The notes under the pieces were generated by a model. The model saw nothing but the letters and a program-made list of their open reading frames with translations. It ran no database searches and had not been told where the DNA came from. Positions 28,554-38,400 of a stretch of 64,000 bases of DNA are shown here, in pieces. The DNA is from Candidatus Zixiibacteriota bacterium (lineage in GTDB: Bacteria > Zixibacteria > MSB-5A5 > DASWLN01), in contig DASWLN010000168.1 of assembly GCA_036396115.1 (NCBI GenBank), forward strand, positions 3,362 through 67,361, in the 5' to 3' direction. Positions within the stretch are counted from its first letter, which is position 1. Each line of letters starts with the position of its first letter. Both the position numbers and the translations under genes were made by a program.

Positions 28554-30401
28554 ATGCTAAAGAAACCATTCATATTCCTCTTAATTCTTGCGATTTTGAT
28601 TACGGCTTATTCTATTCACGCTTTAGCTCAGGCGCCGGAAAATGAGTTTAAGCAAGCCCTGTCGCTTTATTCCGATGGCAATTACAAAGAAGCCAGGGTG
28701 AGGTTCGAGAAGTTGATTTCCACCTATCCGGCAGACGAACATTTATCGATTTTCAAGTTTATGCTCTCCAAGTGCGATTACTATCTGGGAGATTACATCC
28801 TGGCTCAGAGCGGATTCAGAAGTTTTGTAACCGAGTTTCCGCAAAGCCTATATTTGGGAGATGCCCATTTCATGCTGGGGAATATTGATTATCTAGAGGG
28901 GAACAAATTTGAGGCGGCAGTGGAATACCTCAAAGCATACGATTATGCGGAGAATGAAGAGCTCAAAGGTTTAGCCTATAACTCACTTATTCCTCTTCTG
29001 AAAGTGGGTTTGAGCTTAAGTGAACACGATAGGTTGGTTCGGCAAAGCAGGGGAAGAAAATTGGCGGATGAGGTATTGTTTCAATTGGCTCAAAGGGAGC
29101 TTGAGCGTAAAAACTTTGCTGAAGCCAAGGACTTTTTGGAGCAGTATATTGAAAATTATCCTGAAGGCAGTCATCTTAAAGAAGCAGAAGAGCTTCTGAA
29201 ACCCGTGGCTTCGCCCCGAGGCGAGTATGTATCTAAGCCCACTCAAGATATATATCCGAGACTTCCCTCGGCTTCGCCGAGAGGCGAGCGTCCCGAGACG
29301 AGCAAGATAGGCGTTTTGGTACCGCTATCCGGAGTTTATCAGACTTACGGTGAGAATCTTCTGAAAGGGATAAAGCTGGCTGTGGCGAAATACTATCCCC
29401 AAAGAATTGAGCTAACAGTCAAGGACACCCAGGAGAACCCAATTGTAACCGCCCATAAGACCAAGGAGTTAATTGAGGAGAACGGCGTCATAGCCATAAT
29501 TGGTCCATTGAAAAGTGATTGTGCCGCCTCTGCTGCGGCTGTGGCTAATTGCCTTTCTGTTCCGCTGGTCTGTCCAGCCGTATCAGAGGAGGGGATAACC
29601 ACTTTGGGCAAATATATTTTTCAATTAAGCACCAGCACTGAGAAAATGGGGAGAGCAATGGCACACTATGCCACAACTAGTATGGGACTGACGGAATTTG
29701 TCATTTTGGCGCCGGATGATTCCTATGGGAGAAACACAGTGAGTGGTTTTGAGGAGGAGGTGAAACACTTAGGAGGGAAAATTGCCGCTTGCCAGTTCTA
29801 TTCTCGAGAAAGCACAGATTTTGGAAATGAATTGAGAGCCATCCGGGATATTCTTTTCAAGGAAAAGGAAAAAAGGGAGGGCGGAATAGATACCACCAAA
29901 TACGTTGACATCCAAGGCAAGCCTTTACCTCTTGATGCCATTCCAGTTCAGGTAGACGGATTTTTCCTGCCGGGTTACAGCGAGGACGTTATCCTCATCG
30001 CTCCGCAAATAGCCTTCACCAAGATAGAAACGCATCTTTTGGGGAGTGAGGGGTGGAAAAATAAAAGGATCATCGAGCTTTCCGGAGATTATGTGCAGAA
30101 GGCAGTTTTCGTCTCAGATTCCTATGAGGATGAGAATGACTCTTCTGACTTTGTTTCTTCCTATGAAAAAACCTATGCTGAAAAACCGGATAAGGTAGCT
30201 GTTTTAGGTTATGACAGTATCAAGTTCTTGGGCTTGGCCTTGGAGGGAAAGAGTTGGACCTCTCAAGAAATAGGAGACTGTTTAAGCAAAGTGAAGGATT
30301 TTGACGGAGCATCGGGCAAGTTTTTACTTAATCCTCAACATGAGAACGAGAGCTTTTCCATATTTACCATAGAGGGAAAGAAATTCAAAAAACTAGAATA
30401 G
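28554..30401 (+). CDS. Exported TPR + type I periplasmic-binding-fold protein (LpoA/LppC-like)
   Basis: Signal peptide; N-terminal TPRs; KIGVLVPLSG, AIIGPL, DDSYG, LGYDS, FDGASG. Confidence 0.8.
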   Translation: MLKKPFIFLLILAILITAYSIHALAQAPENEFKQALSLYSDGNYKEARVRFEKLISTYPADEHLSIFKFMLSKCDYYLGDYILAQSGFRSFVTEFPQSLYLGDAHFMLGNIDYLEGNKFEAAVEYLKAYDYAENEELKGLAYNSLIPLLKVGLSLSEHDRLVRQSRGRKLADEVLFQLAQRELERKNFAEAKDFLEQYIENYPEGSHLKEAEELLKPVASPRGEYVSKPTQDIYPRLPSASPRGERPETSKIGVLVPLSGVYQTYGENLLKGIKLAVAKYYPQRIELTVKDTQENPIVTAHKTKELIEENGVIAIIGPLKSDCAASAAAVANCLSVPLVCPAVSEEGITTLGKYIFQLSTSTEKMGRAMAHYATTSMGLTEFVILAPDDSYGRNTVSGFEEEVKHLGGKIAACQFYSRESTDFGNELRAIRDILFKEKEKREGGIDTTKYVDIQGKPLPLDAIPVQVDGFFLPGYSEDVILIAPQIAFTKIETHLLGSEGWKNKRIIELSGDYVQKAVFVSDSYEDENDSSDFVSSYEKTYAEKPDKVAVLGYDSIKFLGLALEGKSWTSQEIGDCLSKVKDFDGASGKFLLNPQHENESFSIFTIEGKKFKKLE

Positions 30402-30409
30402 GAGAGAAA

Positions 30410-30628
30410 TTGGACCAACAGGAAAGAAAAGTGGCTTTGAAGGTCTTCATAGACGGCAAGGAAAGGGATGTTACCTTTGATGAACTGACTCTGTCCAATA
30501 ATCTGGCTTTGGAGTCTTTGCTTAGGGTTTTAGCCCGAAAGAAAGTCGTTGATTCGAAGGAGCTTATGGAAGAGATGGAAAGGGTGAGAAAAGAAAGAAT
30601 GCCAGATCTCCCTTTGGATAAGAAATAG
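30410..30628 (+). CDS. Small hypothetical protein
   Basis: GGAG RBS with TTG start; tight spacing with neighbours. Confidence 0.65.
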   Translation: MDQQERKVALKVFIDGKERDVTFDELTLSNNLALESLLRVLARKKVVDSKELMEEMERVRKERMPDLPLDKK

Positions 30629-30630
30629 AT

Positions 30631-31068
30631 ATGTCTGAACAAGTTATGCTTAACTGGAAAGTCCATCCATTTAAAAGAAACAAAAAAGTTTCAATCGGAG
30701 TGATTTTGCTTTTATTTTTGGTCTGGGGCATAGTGTATCTTGCCACAGGCAGTTTACTTTTTTTGGCAATTGCAGTCGTTATGTTGTTGGGTTCCCTTTC
30801 AGGGTTCTTCCTGCCGACCGAATATGAGTTTTATACGAATAAGATAAAAGTGAAATATTTTTTAGCCAGCTTGGAGAAAGAGTGGAAGAATTATCGCAGT
30901 TTCTATATAGATAAGAATGGAGTGCTTTTGAGTCCTTTTAAAGAACCATCCAGATTGGAGAACTTCAGAGGGGTATATCTCAGACTGGACAGAAACTCAG
31001 AGATAAAAGATAAGGTTATAGATTTTATCAAATCTAAGATGGATAATTCTGTTGACGGTTCACGGTAG
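30631..31068 (+). CDS. Hypothetical 2-TM protein
   Basis: Two TM helices then NGVLLSPF..PSRLENFRG; operon spacing. Confidence 0.75.
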   Translation: MSEQVMLNWKVHPFKRNKKVSIGVILLLFLVWGIVYLATGSLLFLAIAVVMLLGSLSGFFLPTEYEFYTNKIKVKYFLASLEKEWKNYRSFYIDKNGVLLSPFKEPSRLENFRGVYLRLDRNSEIKDKVIDFIKSKMDNSVDGSR

Positions 31069-31129
31069 ATGGTTCATAGTTAAACCATTAATTACGGACT
31101 GTGAACCATGAACCATAGGTGAATTAAAT

Positions 31130-31561
31130 ATGATTTTTCGTCAGAAATTCTCGCTTCCCGACTTTAAGGAAACAGATTCAAATCTCAAGACCCAAAATTC
31201 GGGGAATCTGACACCAGAGCAGGAAGAGCTTTTACGTAAGGTGGCACAGAAGGTTGTGCGCTGGAAGATGTCGGTCCCAGCCATTCTTTTCCTGGAGTCA
31301 GTCAAGCCCCTAAATTACCTTGGAAGTCAGATGATGGTCTTCTTTGAACCGTTTGTTCAGACCGTTTTCACCTGGAAAGATTATGACCAATACAGAATTA
31401 TTATGGAGGAAAGGGAAAATGTCGAAAAATTGTTACAGAAGATAGAGGAGTTGGATGCCATAGAAAAAGAAAAAGAAAAAGAAGGAAAAAAGAAAATAAA
31501 GGAAAAAAGAAAGAATTTACCCTGGGGCAAAAGAATTTGGAGTTATATAAGCGGAAGGTGA
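31130..31561 (+). CDS. Conserved hypothetical protein
   Basis: PAILFLESVKPLNYLGSQ...EERENVE; RBS AGGTGA. Confidence 0.75.
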   Translation: MIFRQKFSLPDFKETDSNLKTQNSGNLTPEQEELLRKVAQKVVRWKMSVPAILFLESVKPLNYLGSQMMVFFEPFVQTVFTWKDYDQYRIIMEERENVEKLLQKIEELDAIEKEKEKEGKKKIKEKRKNLPWGKRIWSYISGR

Positions 31562-31581
31562 TAGATTGAAATATAATAAGT

Positions 31582-31751
31582 TGTCATTGCGAGGAGCCCC
31601 GATGGCAATCGGGACGACGAAGCAATCTTGAAATTAAAACCGAGATTGCTTCGCTTCCCCTACAGGGTCGCTCGCAATGACAGAATATATGTGCAGGGGT
31701 GAAGTTTATCTATTGCCTGAGCTGGTAGAGACGCAAAATTTTGCGTCTCTA
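31582..31751. repeat. GTCATTGCGAG-family element and a GTAG REP
   Basis: GTCATTGCGAG..GAAGCAATCT / AGATTGCTTCG..CTCGCAATGAC; GTAGAGACGCAAAATTTTGCGTCTCTAC. Confidence 0.85.
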
Positions 31752-31807
31752 CAAACCACAGGGAATTCATCCCTGTGCGGATAATCATTTCGAAAATGGA
31801 GGTAAAT

Positions 31808-32446
31808 ATGAAAAGGATTTTAATTGCTTTGTTAGTGTTAGTTTTGTGCTTTAGTTTGACTTTGGCCCAAGAAGAAAAACCACTCTCCGGCAAGAAGGTT
31901 GTGATGATAATTGCCCCTAAAGATTTCAGGGACGAGGAGTTATTGGAGCCAATGACTATTCTCTTAGGTAAAGGAGCAGAGGTTGCTGTTGCCAGCAGTT
32001 CCCTTGATACGAGCGTTGGGATGTTGGGTGCGAAAATGAAGCCGGAGATTTTGGTTTCAAATATCAAAGCCAAAGACTGGGATGCAATTGTTCTGGTTGG
32101 TGGACAGGGAGCCAGAGAGTACTGGAATGATAAAGTTTTACATACCATCCTGAAAGATGCAGTAAAAGAAGATAAGATAATTGGAGCGATTTGCATCGCT
32201 CCGGTGACCTTAGCCAACACTGGCATATTGAAAGGCAAGAAAGCAACGGTGTATGAAGGTGTGGCAGACAAGCTAAAATCAAAAGGGGCAAGTTATACCG
32301 GCTCGGATGTACAAGAGGACGGCAAACTAATAACTGCCAATGGTCCTAAGGCGGCTGGGAGATTTGCGGAGGTGTTAGTAGAAGCTTTAGGAAAGGGACA
32401 AAAAGTGTGTCCAAAAACAGGTTTAAAGACCTGCCCTTTGCATTAA
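31808..32446 (+). CDS. DJ-1/PfpI family protein with a signal peptide
   Basis: GGAGGT RBS before ATG 31808; FRDEEL, LVGG, GAICIAP (catalytic Cys), ITANGP. Confidence 0.9.
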   Translation: MKRILIALLVLVLCFSLTLAQEEKPLSGKKVVMIIAPKDFRDEELLEPMTILLGKGAEVAVASSSLDTSVGMLGAKMKPEILVSNIKAKDWDAIVLVGGQGAREYWNDKVLHTILKDAVKEDKIIGAICIAPVTLANTGILKGKKATVYEGVADKLKSKGASYTGSDVQEDGKLITANGPKAAGRFAEVLVEALGKGQKVCPKTGLKTCPLH

Positions 32447-32455
32447 GACAGTTTA

Positions 32456-32742
32456 CCCTGCACCATTACGGTGCAGGGTTTAGAAGTTTAAAAAGTTTGT
32501 AGTTGCTCGTCTGCCCTTGGCAGGGCAGGGATTTATCGAACAAATTCTTGTCGGATAAATCCGACCGCTACAATAAAGGAGATTGCTTCGTCGTCCTTCG
32601 ACAAAAGCTTCGGGACTCCTCGCAATGACAGTATATGGTATTGTCATTGCGAGCGTAGCGAAGCAATCTATGCAGTTGCCGCGATATTCATCGGGACGGT
32701 TTTAGATAAAATCAAATTCGTCCCATAAATGTGGCAACTACA
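32456..32742. repeat. Repeat cluster (back-to-back GTCATTGCGAG arms, GTAG-type doublets)
   Basis: GAGATTGCTTCG..CTCGCAATGAC followed by GTCATTGCGAG..GAAGCAATC. Confidence 0.75.
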
Positions 32743-32797
32743 TTAAGACATTGAAAACAAATATAATAACTCGAATGGACAAACAACAAGGAGCAAT

Positions 32798-34624
32798 ATG
32801 AAGGATTTAAAACCTGAAAATGTCAATGTAATTTTAGCCACGGATTGTGGAAGCACCACCACCAAAGCGATCTTAATCGAAAAAAAGGGAAGCGGATATC
32901 GCCTCATCGTTCGCGGCGAAGCTCCCACCACGGTGGAAGCACCTTTTGAGGATGTTACTATGGGGGTCTTAAATGCAGTGGGAGAGGTGGAGGAACTGAC
33001 CGGGAGAAAGCTTTTGGATGAGAACGGTAGAATCATCTCGCCTGCCAAGGGAAATATTGGCTGTGATATTTATATCTCCACTTCCAGCGCGGGTGGTGGT
33101 CTGCAGATGATGGTGGCTGGAGTTGTTCGCACTATGACTGCAGAATCAGCGGAGAGGGCGGCTCTGGGTGCAGGTGCGATTGTGATGGACGTTATCTCCT
33201 CAAATGATAAAAGACTTCCTCATGAGCAGATTCAAAGAATCAGGCACTTAAGGCCAGATATGATTTTGCTTTCCGGTGGAATCGATGGTGGAACCACCAC
33301 ACACGTGGTTGAGCTAGCAGAGTTGATTTCTGCGGCTGACCCCAAACCGAGATTGGGAAGCGGATATAAGCTTCCGGTAATCTATGCCGGAAATGTTAAT
33401 GCGCGCGAAGCGGTTAAAGAGACTTTGTCCGGAAAAACAGATTTGGATATTGTGGACAATATTCGTCCGGTTCTGGAAAGAGAAAATCTTTTGCCTGCCA
33501 GAGAGAAGATTCACGACCTTTTCATGGAGCACGTTATGGCTCAGGCGCCGGGGTACAAAAAGCTTATGACCTGGACCGATGCACCGATAATGCCCACTCC
33601 CGGAGCAGTTGGTTTAATCATCAAGATCATTGCGGACTTGGAGAAGATAGAGGCTGTGGGTGTGGATATAGGAGGAGCGACAACTGACATCTTTTCAGTT
33701 TTTCAGGGGGTTTTCAATCGGACCGTCAGCGCCAATCTGGGTATGAGTTATTCGGTCTCAAATGTATTTGCCGAAACCGGACTTCCCAATGTTATGCGCT
33801 GGGTTCCTTTCCATATGGATGAGCGGGATTTAAGAAACAGGGTAAAAAATAAAATGATTCGTCCAACCACCATTCCCCAGATGATGGAGGAGTTGATTTT
33901 CGAGCAAGCCATTGCCAAAGAAGCGTTAAGATTGGCTTTCATTCAACACAAATCGTTTGCCACGGTCTTGAAAGGTATACAGCAACAGAGGACCATTGCG
34001 GATGCATTTGACCAGACTGCCAGTGGTCAAACCCTGGTGAATATGATGAGTCTGGATATCTTAGTTGGCTCAGGCGGAGTGCTCTCGCACGCACCTCGCA
34101 GACAACAAGCCGCCTTAATGCTGATTGATAGTTTCCTGCCAGAGGGGATAACCCGCTTAGCAGTGGATAGCATATTTATGATGCCGCAATTAGGAGTGCT
34201 TTCCACCATTCATCCCAAAGCAGCCAAGGACGTGTTTGATAAAGATTGCTTGATTCATTTAGGAACTTGCATCGCTCCAGTGGGCGGAGGAAAAGAGGGG
34301 AAGGAGATTTTAAAATATAAGTTTAAGCTACCTAGTGGAAAAGAGGAGGAAGGGGTTTTGAAATACGGGGAAATGAAAAGGATTCTTTTGGATGTAGGAG
34401 AAAAAGCAGAAGCGAGCCTGGAGCCCTATAGGGGTTTTGACATCGGCAAAGGAAAGGGAGCAAAAGTCGAGACCAAAATAAGTGGAGGAGTTGCCGGGAT
34501 AATTTTGGATGGCAGAGGAAGACCGTTTAGTTTGCCCACAGATGACAAAATCAGAGTGAATAAGCTCAAAGAGTGGATGCTGGCTCTGGATATTTATCCC
34601 AAAGAAGCGCTGGAGAGCTTGTAA
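32798..34624 (+). CDS. GlmL/MutL-like (glutamate mutase L family) actin-fold/ASKHA protein
   Basis: Phosphate-1 TDCGSTTTKA, SSAGGGL, GGIDGG, MPTPGAV, phosphate-2 VDIGGATTD, GSGGVL, IILDGRGRP. Confidence 0.85.
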   Translation: MKDLKPENVNVILATDCGSTTTKAILIEKKGSGYRLIVRGEAPTTVEAPFEDVTMGVLNAVGEVEELTGRKLLDENGRIISPAKGNIGCDIYISTSSAGGGLQMMVAGVVRTMTAESAERAALGAGAIVMDVISSNDKRLPHEQIQRIRHLRPDMILLSGGIDGGTTTHVVELAELISAADPKPRLGSGYKLPVIYAGNVNAREAVKETLSGKTDLDIVDNIRPVLERENLLPAREKIHDLFMEHVMAQAPGYKKLMTWTDAPIMPTPGAVGLIIKIIADLEKIEAVGVDIGGATTDIFSVFQGVFNRTVSANLGMSYSVSNVFAETGLPNVMRWVPFHMDERDLRNRVKNKMIRPTTIPQMMEELIFEQAIAKEALRLAFIQHKSFATVLKGIQQQRTIADAFDQTASGQTLVNMMSLDILVGSGGVLSHAPRRQQAALMLIDSFLPEGITRLAVDSIFMMPQLGVLSTIHPKAAKDVFDKDCLIHLGTCIAPVGGGKEGKEILKYKFKLPSGKEEEGVLKYGEMKRILLDVGEKAEASLEPYRGFDIGKGKGAKVETKISGGVAGIILDGRGRPFSLPTDDKIRVNKLKEWMLALDIYPKEALESL

Positions 34625-34634
34625 ATTTACATTT

Positions 34635-34945
34635 AAAGCCAGCGGGAACTCCCCACCTGTTAAGGTGGGAATAAGAGCAGTTTGTGAGTTTTTGTGTCAT
34701 TCCTGTCCCGCATTTCTGCGGGATAAACTCCAGTCTCAAGACGCAGAATTCGCGCAGAGCCCGTCCCGTACTGGATACGGGAAATCCAGAAAAGGAAAGC
34801 AAGTATGGATCCCCGATTAAACCCTCGGGGATGACAAGACGTAGTAAGGGCAATTCATGAATTGCCCTTACAAACAGCAAGAACCACACCCGTCCTTCGA
34901 CATGCTCAGGATGGTGAGCAAGGTCGAACCATAAAGGCGCGGGAG
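34635..34945. repeat. Repeat cluster (GTCATTCC..GGATGAC, GTAAGGGCAATTCATGAATTGCCCTTAC, TTCGACA.GCTCA family)
   Basis: Palindromes seen directly. Confidence 0.75.
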
Positions 34946-35013
34946 TTGATATATTGAAATTGAGATTAACGAATTACTCATATAATCATAATAAATAAAC
35001 AAAAGAGGTTTTT

Positions 35014-36141
35014 ATGGGTCATGCATATACCCCCGGTTTAAAAGTAACAGAAAGAGTCCTTTTAATAAAAAACAGAATCTTGCCTTTAAAAGGGGAAGTA
35101 TTAGTGAAGGTTGGGGATAAAGTTCATCCCGATACGGTTGTAGCCAGAACTCTTCTGCCGGGAAACGTTGAGCCGGTGAACGTGGCTAATAAATTGGGCA
35201 TTCCAGCAGAGGATGTGGAGTTTCATATGCTCAAAAAGGAGGGAGACAAGGTAGAAGAAAAAGAGACCATTGCAGAAAGCAGAAGTTTTTTTGGTCTTTT
35301 TAGGTCTGATGTCCATTCCCCAATTGTGGGAAAAATCGAGAGCGTCTCGCATATTACCGGGCAGGTATTGATTCGGGGAAATCCAATTCCGGTTGAGATA
35401 AAGGCATATCTGGAAGGGGAGGTGGTGGAGGTCTTTGAGAAAGAAGGGGTGGCGGTCAGCACCTGGGGCTCTTTCATTCAGGGGATTTTTGGAATAGGCG
35501 GGGAAACGCATGGACAGATAAAAGTGTTAACCAAGGATAACAAGGAAGTGCTGACTGACAAGCTGATTGATAAAAGCTGTAAAGGAAAAGTGATTATAGG
35601 CGGAAGTATAGTGACCAGCAATGCCATTCATCAGGCGATTTCAGTTGGGGCTTGTGGAATTGTGGTAGGTGGATTGGACGACAAAGACTTAAGGGAGTTT
35701 TTGGGGTATGACTTAGGTGTAGCCATAACCGGCTCAGAGGATTTAGGGATAACTCTGGTCATAACCGAAGGTTTCGGTCAGATAAATATGGCGGAGAAGA
35801 CCTTTGAACTCTTTAAATCCAAAGAGGGAAAGGAAGCTTGCATTAATGGGGCTACGCAGATTCGGGCCGGGGTTATTCGTCCGGAGGTAGTTATCCCCTA
35901 TGAAGGAGATGTGCATAAGAAGGAAGAGAAAGAGAATTTGGGAAATGTCGGCTTAACCACGGGTTATCCAGTGAGGGTGATTCGTCAGCCCTATTTTGGG
36001 GAATTAGGAAAGGTGGTAGCTTTGCCTCCGCAACTGCAGAAATTGGAGTCGGAATCAAAAGCTCGAGTGTTGGAAGTCCAGTTCAAGGATGGCAGAAAGG
36101 TGGTAGTCCCACGGGCGAACGTGGAGATGCTGGAGGAGTAG
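35014..36141 (+). CDS. Conserved hypothetical partner of the GlmL-like protein (hybrid-motif repeats, KOW-like C-terminus)
   Basis: GEVLVKVGDKV, IQGIFGIGGE, TEGFG, GATQIRAGVIRPEV, VRVIRQPYFG, VPRANVE. Confidence 0.75.
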   Translation: MGHAYTPGLKVTERVLLIKNRILPLKGEVLVKVGDKVHPDTVVARTLLPGNVEPVNVANKLGIPAEDVEFHMLKKEGDKVEEKETIAESRSFFGLFRSDVHSPIVGKIESVSHITGQVLIRGNPIPVEIKAYLEGEVVEVFEKEGVAVSTWGSFIQGIFGIGGETHGQIKVLTKDNKEVLTDKLIDKSCKGKVIIGGSIVTSNAIHQAISVGACGIVVGGLDDKDLREFLGYDLGVAITGSEDLGITLVITEGFGQINMAEKTFELFKSKEGKEACINGATQIRAGVIRPEVVIPYEGDVHKKEEKENLGNVGLTTGYPVRVIRQPYFGELGKVVALPPQLQKLESESKARVLEVQFKDGRKVVVPRANVEMLEE

Positions 36142-36503
36142 TAAAGCAGTTTTGAGTTTTGAGAAAATTCTTTAGGTGTAGAGGCAAGGAATCCTCAACC
36201 CCTCTTGATCTCCCCTTATCAGGGGAGCAACCAGCAGAGTCCCCCTGACAAGGGGGACAACAGGGGGTTAGTCAGGAGCTTTGGGGTTGATGTTCTGTCA
36301 GGAGCTACTCCTGACGGATATAAAACAGAAAAGAGAAATATCAGGACTATGGTTCGACATAACCCAAAAGAGAGTCTTGAGTTTCAAGAGACGGGGGCTA
36401 ATAAAGTATTGTGCAGGCTAAATCCTTTAACTAAATGGGGGTTGATAAGATATATTGATCCCTAGGCCACGGCATAAGGATTTTTTTGTTGAGGAGGTAA
36501 TAA

Positions 36504-37283
36504 ATGAAATTAGATGATATCAAGATCTCTCGAGCCATAATCGAATCCTATAAGGATAAACTCGTCCGAGCTTTAGATGTAGATGTTGCTATAGTTGGCG
36601 CTGGCCCTGCGGGGATGGTATGCGGGTACTATCTAGCTTGTGCCGGTAAAGATGTTGTCATATTCGAAAGGAAGCTATCAGTGGGTGGTGGTATGTGGGG
36701 CGGTGGAGCGATGTTTAATCAAATAGTGATTCAAGGAAAAGCTAAAAAGATCATGGATGAGTTTGATATCCATACCGAACTCTATGAGAAGGGTTACTAC
36801 ATTGCGGACTCGATTGAAGCAGTTTCAACTATCTGCTCGAAGACCGCGAAGGCAAAAGTTAAGATCTTCAACCTTCTAAGCGCAGAGGATGTGTTGGTAA
36901 AGGATAAGCGGGTATGCGGTTTGGTCCTTAACTGGACCGCGGTTGAGATGGCCGGTTTGCATGTAGACCCAATCACCATGCGTGCGCGTTTCGTAGTGGA
37001 TGCTACGGGCCATGCGGCTGAGATAGTGCATATCATAGAAAGGAAGTCCGGTATGAAACTGAAGACGGCAACAGGTAAGATCCAAGGGGAACAGTCGATG
37101 TGGGCAGAGGCAGGTGAAGATGCGATCCTTGGAAATTCTAAAGAGGTCGCCTCAGGTTTATATGTCTGCGGGATGTGTGCTAACGCGGTGTTTGGTGCAC
37201 CACGCATGGGTCCCGTATTCGGAGGCATGCTCTTATCCGGAGAGAAGGTTGCCCGTGAGCTAATTGGGAAGTTATGCCAATGA
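36504..37283 (+). CDS. thi4: Thiazole synthase THI4, non-Cys (sulfide-dependent) type
   Basis: [22 protein letters not shown] (His where suicide THI4s have Cys), [15 protein letters not shown]. Confidence 0.92.
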   Translation: MKLDDIKISRAIIESYKDKLVRALDVDVAIVGAGPAGMVCGYYLACAGKDVVIFERKLSVGGGMWGGGAMFNQIVIQGKAKKIMDEFDIHTELYEKGYYIADSIEAVSTICSKTAKAKVKIFNLLSAEDVLVKDKRVCGLVLNWTAVEMAGLHVDPITMRARFVVDATGHAAEIVHIIERKSGMKLKTATGKIQGEQSMWAEAGEDAILGNSKEVASGLYVCGMCANAVFGAPRMGPVFGGMLLSGEKVARELIGKLCQ

Positions 37284-37710
37284 TGGCGTAAGAATAGCTC
37301 GAGGATGCCTGCAAATTGATTCAGGGGAAGGAAAAGTATTTTGAGATTTGGTTTGATAACACAACCATCTTTAGTAAAGCAATTTAAGAGTTTAGAGGTT
37401 TATAGGTTTAGAGAATTATGTGGCGATTCGATTTGCACAGTATCTTGACGACATCAAATCCAAAAACCTTGTTCTTGTCATTGCGAGGATCCCGCCACAA
37501 GCGGGAGACGAAGCAATCCCTTTTTCGAAATCGAGACTGCTTCGTTCCCTACGAGGACTCGCAATGACATATAATTACTTGGCAGGCGACATTCGCGAAT
37601 GTCGCCTTCATTGGGTCGCATTGACCATGTCAATATTCTATGAACAAGAAATGGACCCCAAAGCTGGACAGGATAAGCCTCTGTCTATTATCTGACAAAA
37701 AGGAGGGCAC

Positions 37711-38184
37711 TTGACCGATTCAAATCATTTCAATCTCAAAAATTGTCTTATTGGGCTTGCCGCCTTAACAGTGGCAATTCTTATTATCCTATATGCGGTC
37801 AAAGTCTGGCTGGTGGATAAAGCCCCATCCAGCCATTCTTCAGATAGCGGTTCAATAACACTAGGAAGCAGCTCTTTTGAAAAACGATCCTCCAAAGCGA
37901 TTACTTGGCAGGAAGCTGACAAGCATTATGGGGAAAATGTAACAATTGAAGGCAGGATCGCAGGAACATACAATTCAGGAAAGGTTTGCTTTCTTAATTT
38001 TGACACAAATTACAAGAACTCATTTACCGCAGTTATCTTCGCATCGGATTTTCACCTTTTTCCCGCAAATCCTGAAAGTTACTACGATGGTAAAAAAGTC
38101 CGCATAAAAGGTCGCATCAAAGAATATAGTGGCAGGCCGGAGATTATCCTAAACAACCTTACTCAGATAGAGGTGATAAAATAA
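37711..38184 (+). CDS. Membrane-anchored OB-fold nucleic-acid-binding-like protein
   Basis: N-terminal TM; VTIEGRI, FLNF, FTAVIF, GKKVRIKGRIKEYSGRPEIIL. Confidence 0.75.
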   Translation: MTDSNHFNLKNCLIGLAALTVAILIILYAVKVWLVDKAPSSHSSDSGSITLGSSSFEKRSSKAITWQEADKHYGENVTIEGRIAGTYNSGKVCFLNFDTNYKNSFTAVIFASDFHLFPANPESYYDGKKVRIKGRIKEYSGRPEIILNNLTQIEVIK

Positions 38185-38400
38185 ACCCAGATTTCGCAAT
38201 AGCAAAATCTGCCCAGAGGGCCGCTACATCCCGCTTCAGCGGGATTAGTCCCGCCTTAGGCGGGACCAGAGGGGGTCCCTAGACAAAATTTGCGTTGCAC
38301 CTTTTTGGTATAATTGGTTATTATGTAAGCACCGACTCCTGAACAACTTGAAAACATTGCTCATTTTCTAAGGCAAATTGTGGGATAAAAAGGGGGACTT

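Noticed and set aside
32798-34624. DNA mismatch repair MutL, or a functional glutamate mutase
   Set aside because: Actin-like phosphate motifs rather than GHKL; no B12-binding DxHxxG subunit in the window
36380-36503. TPP riboswitch upstream of thi4
   Set aside because: No CTGAGA / ACCTG core or P1-P5 architecture recognisable
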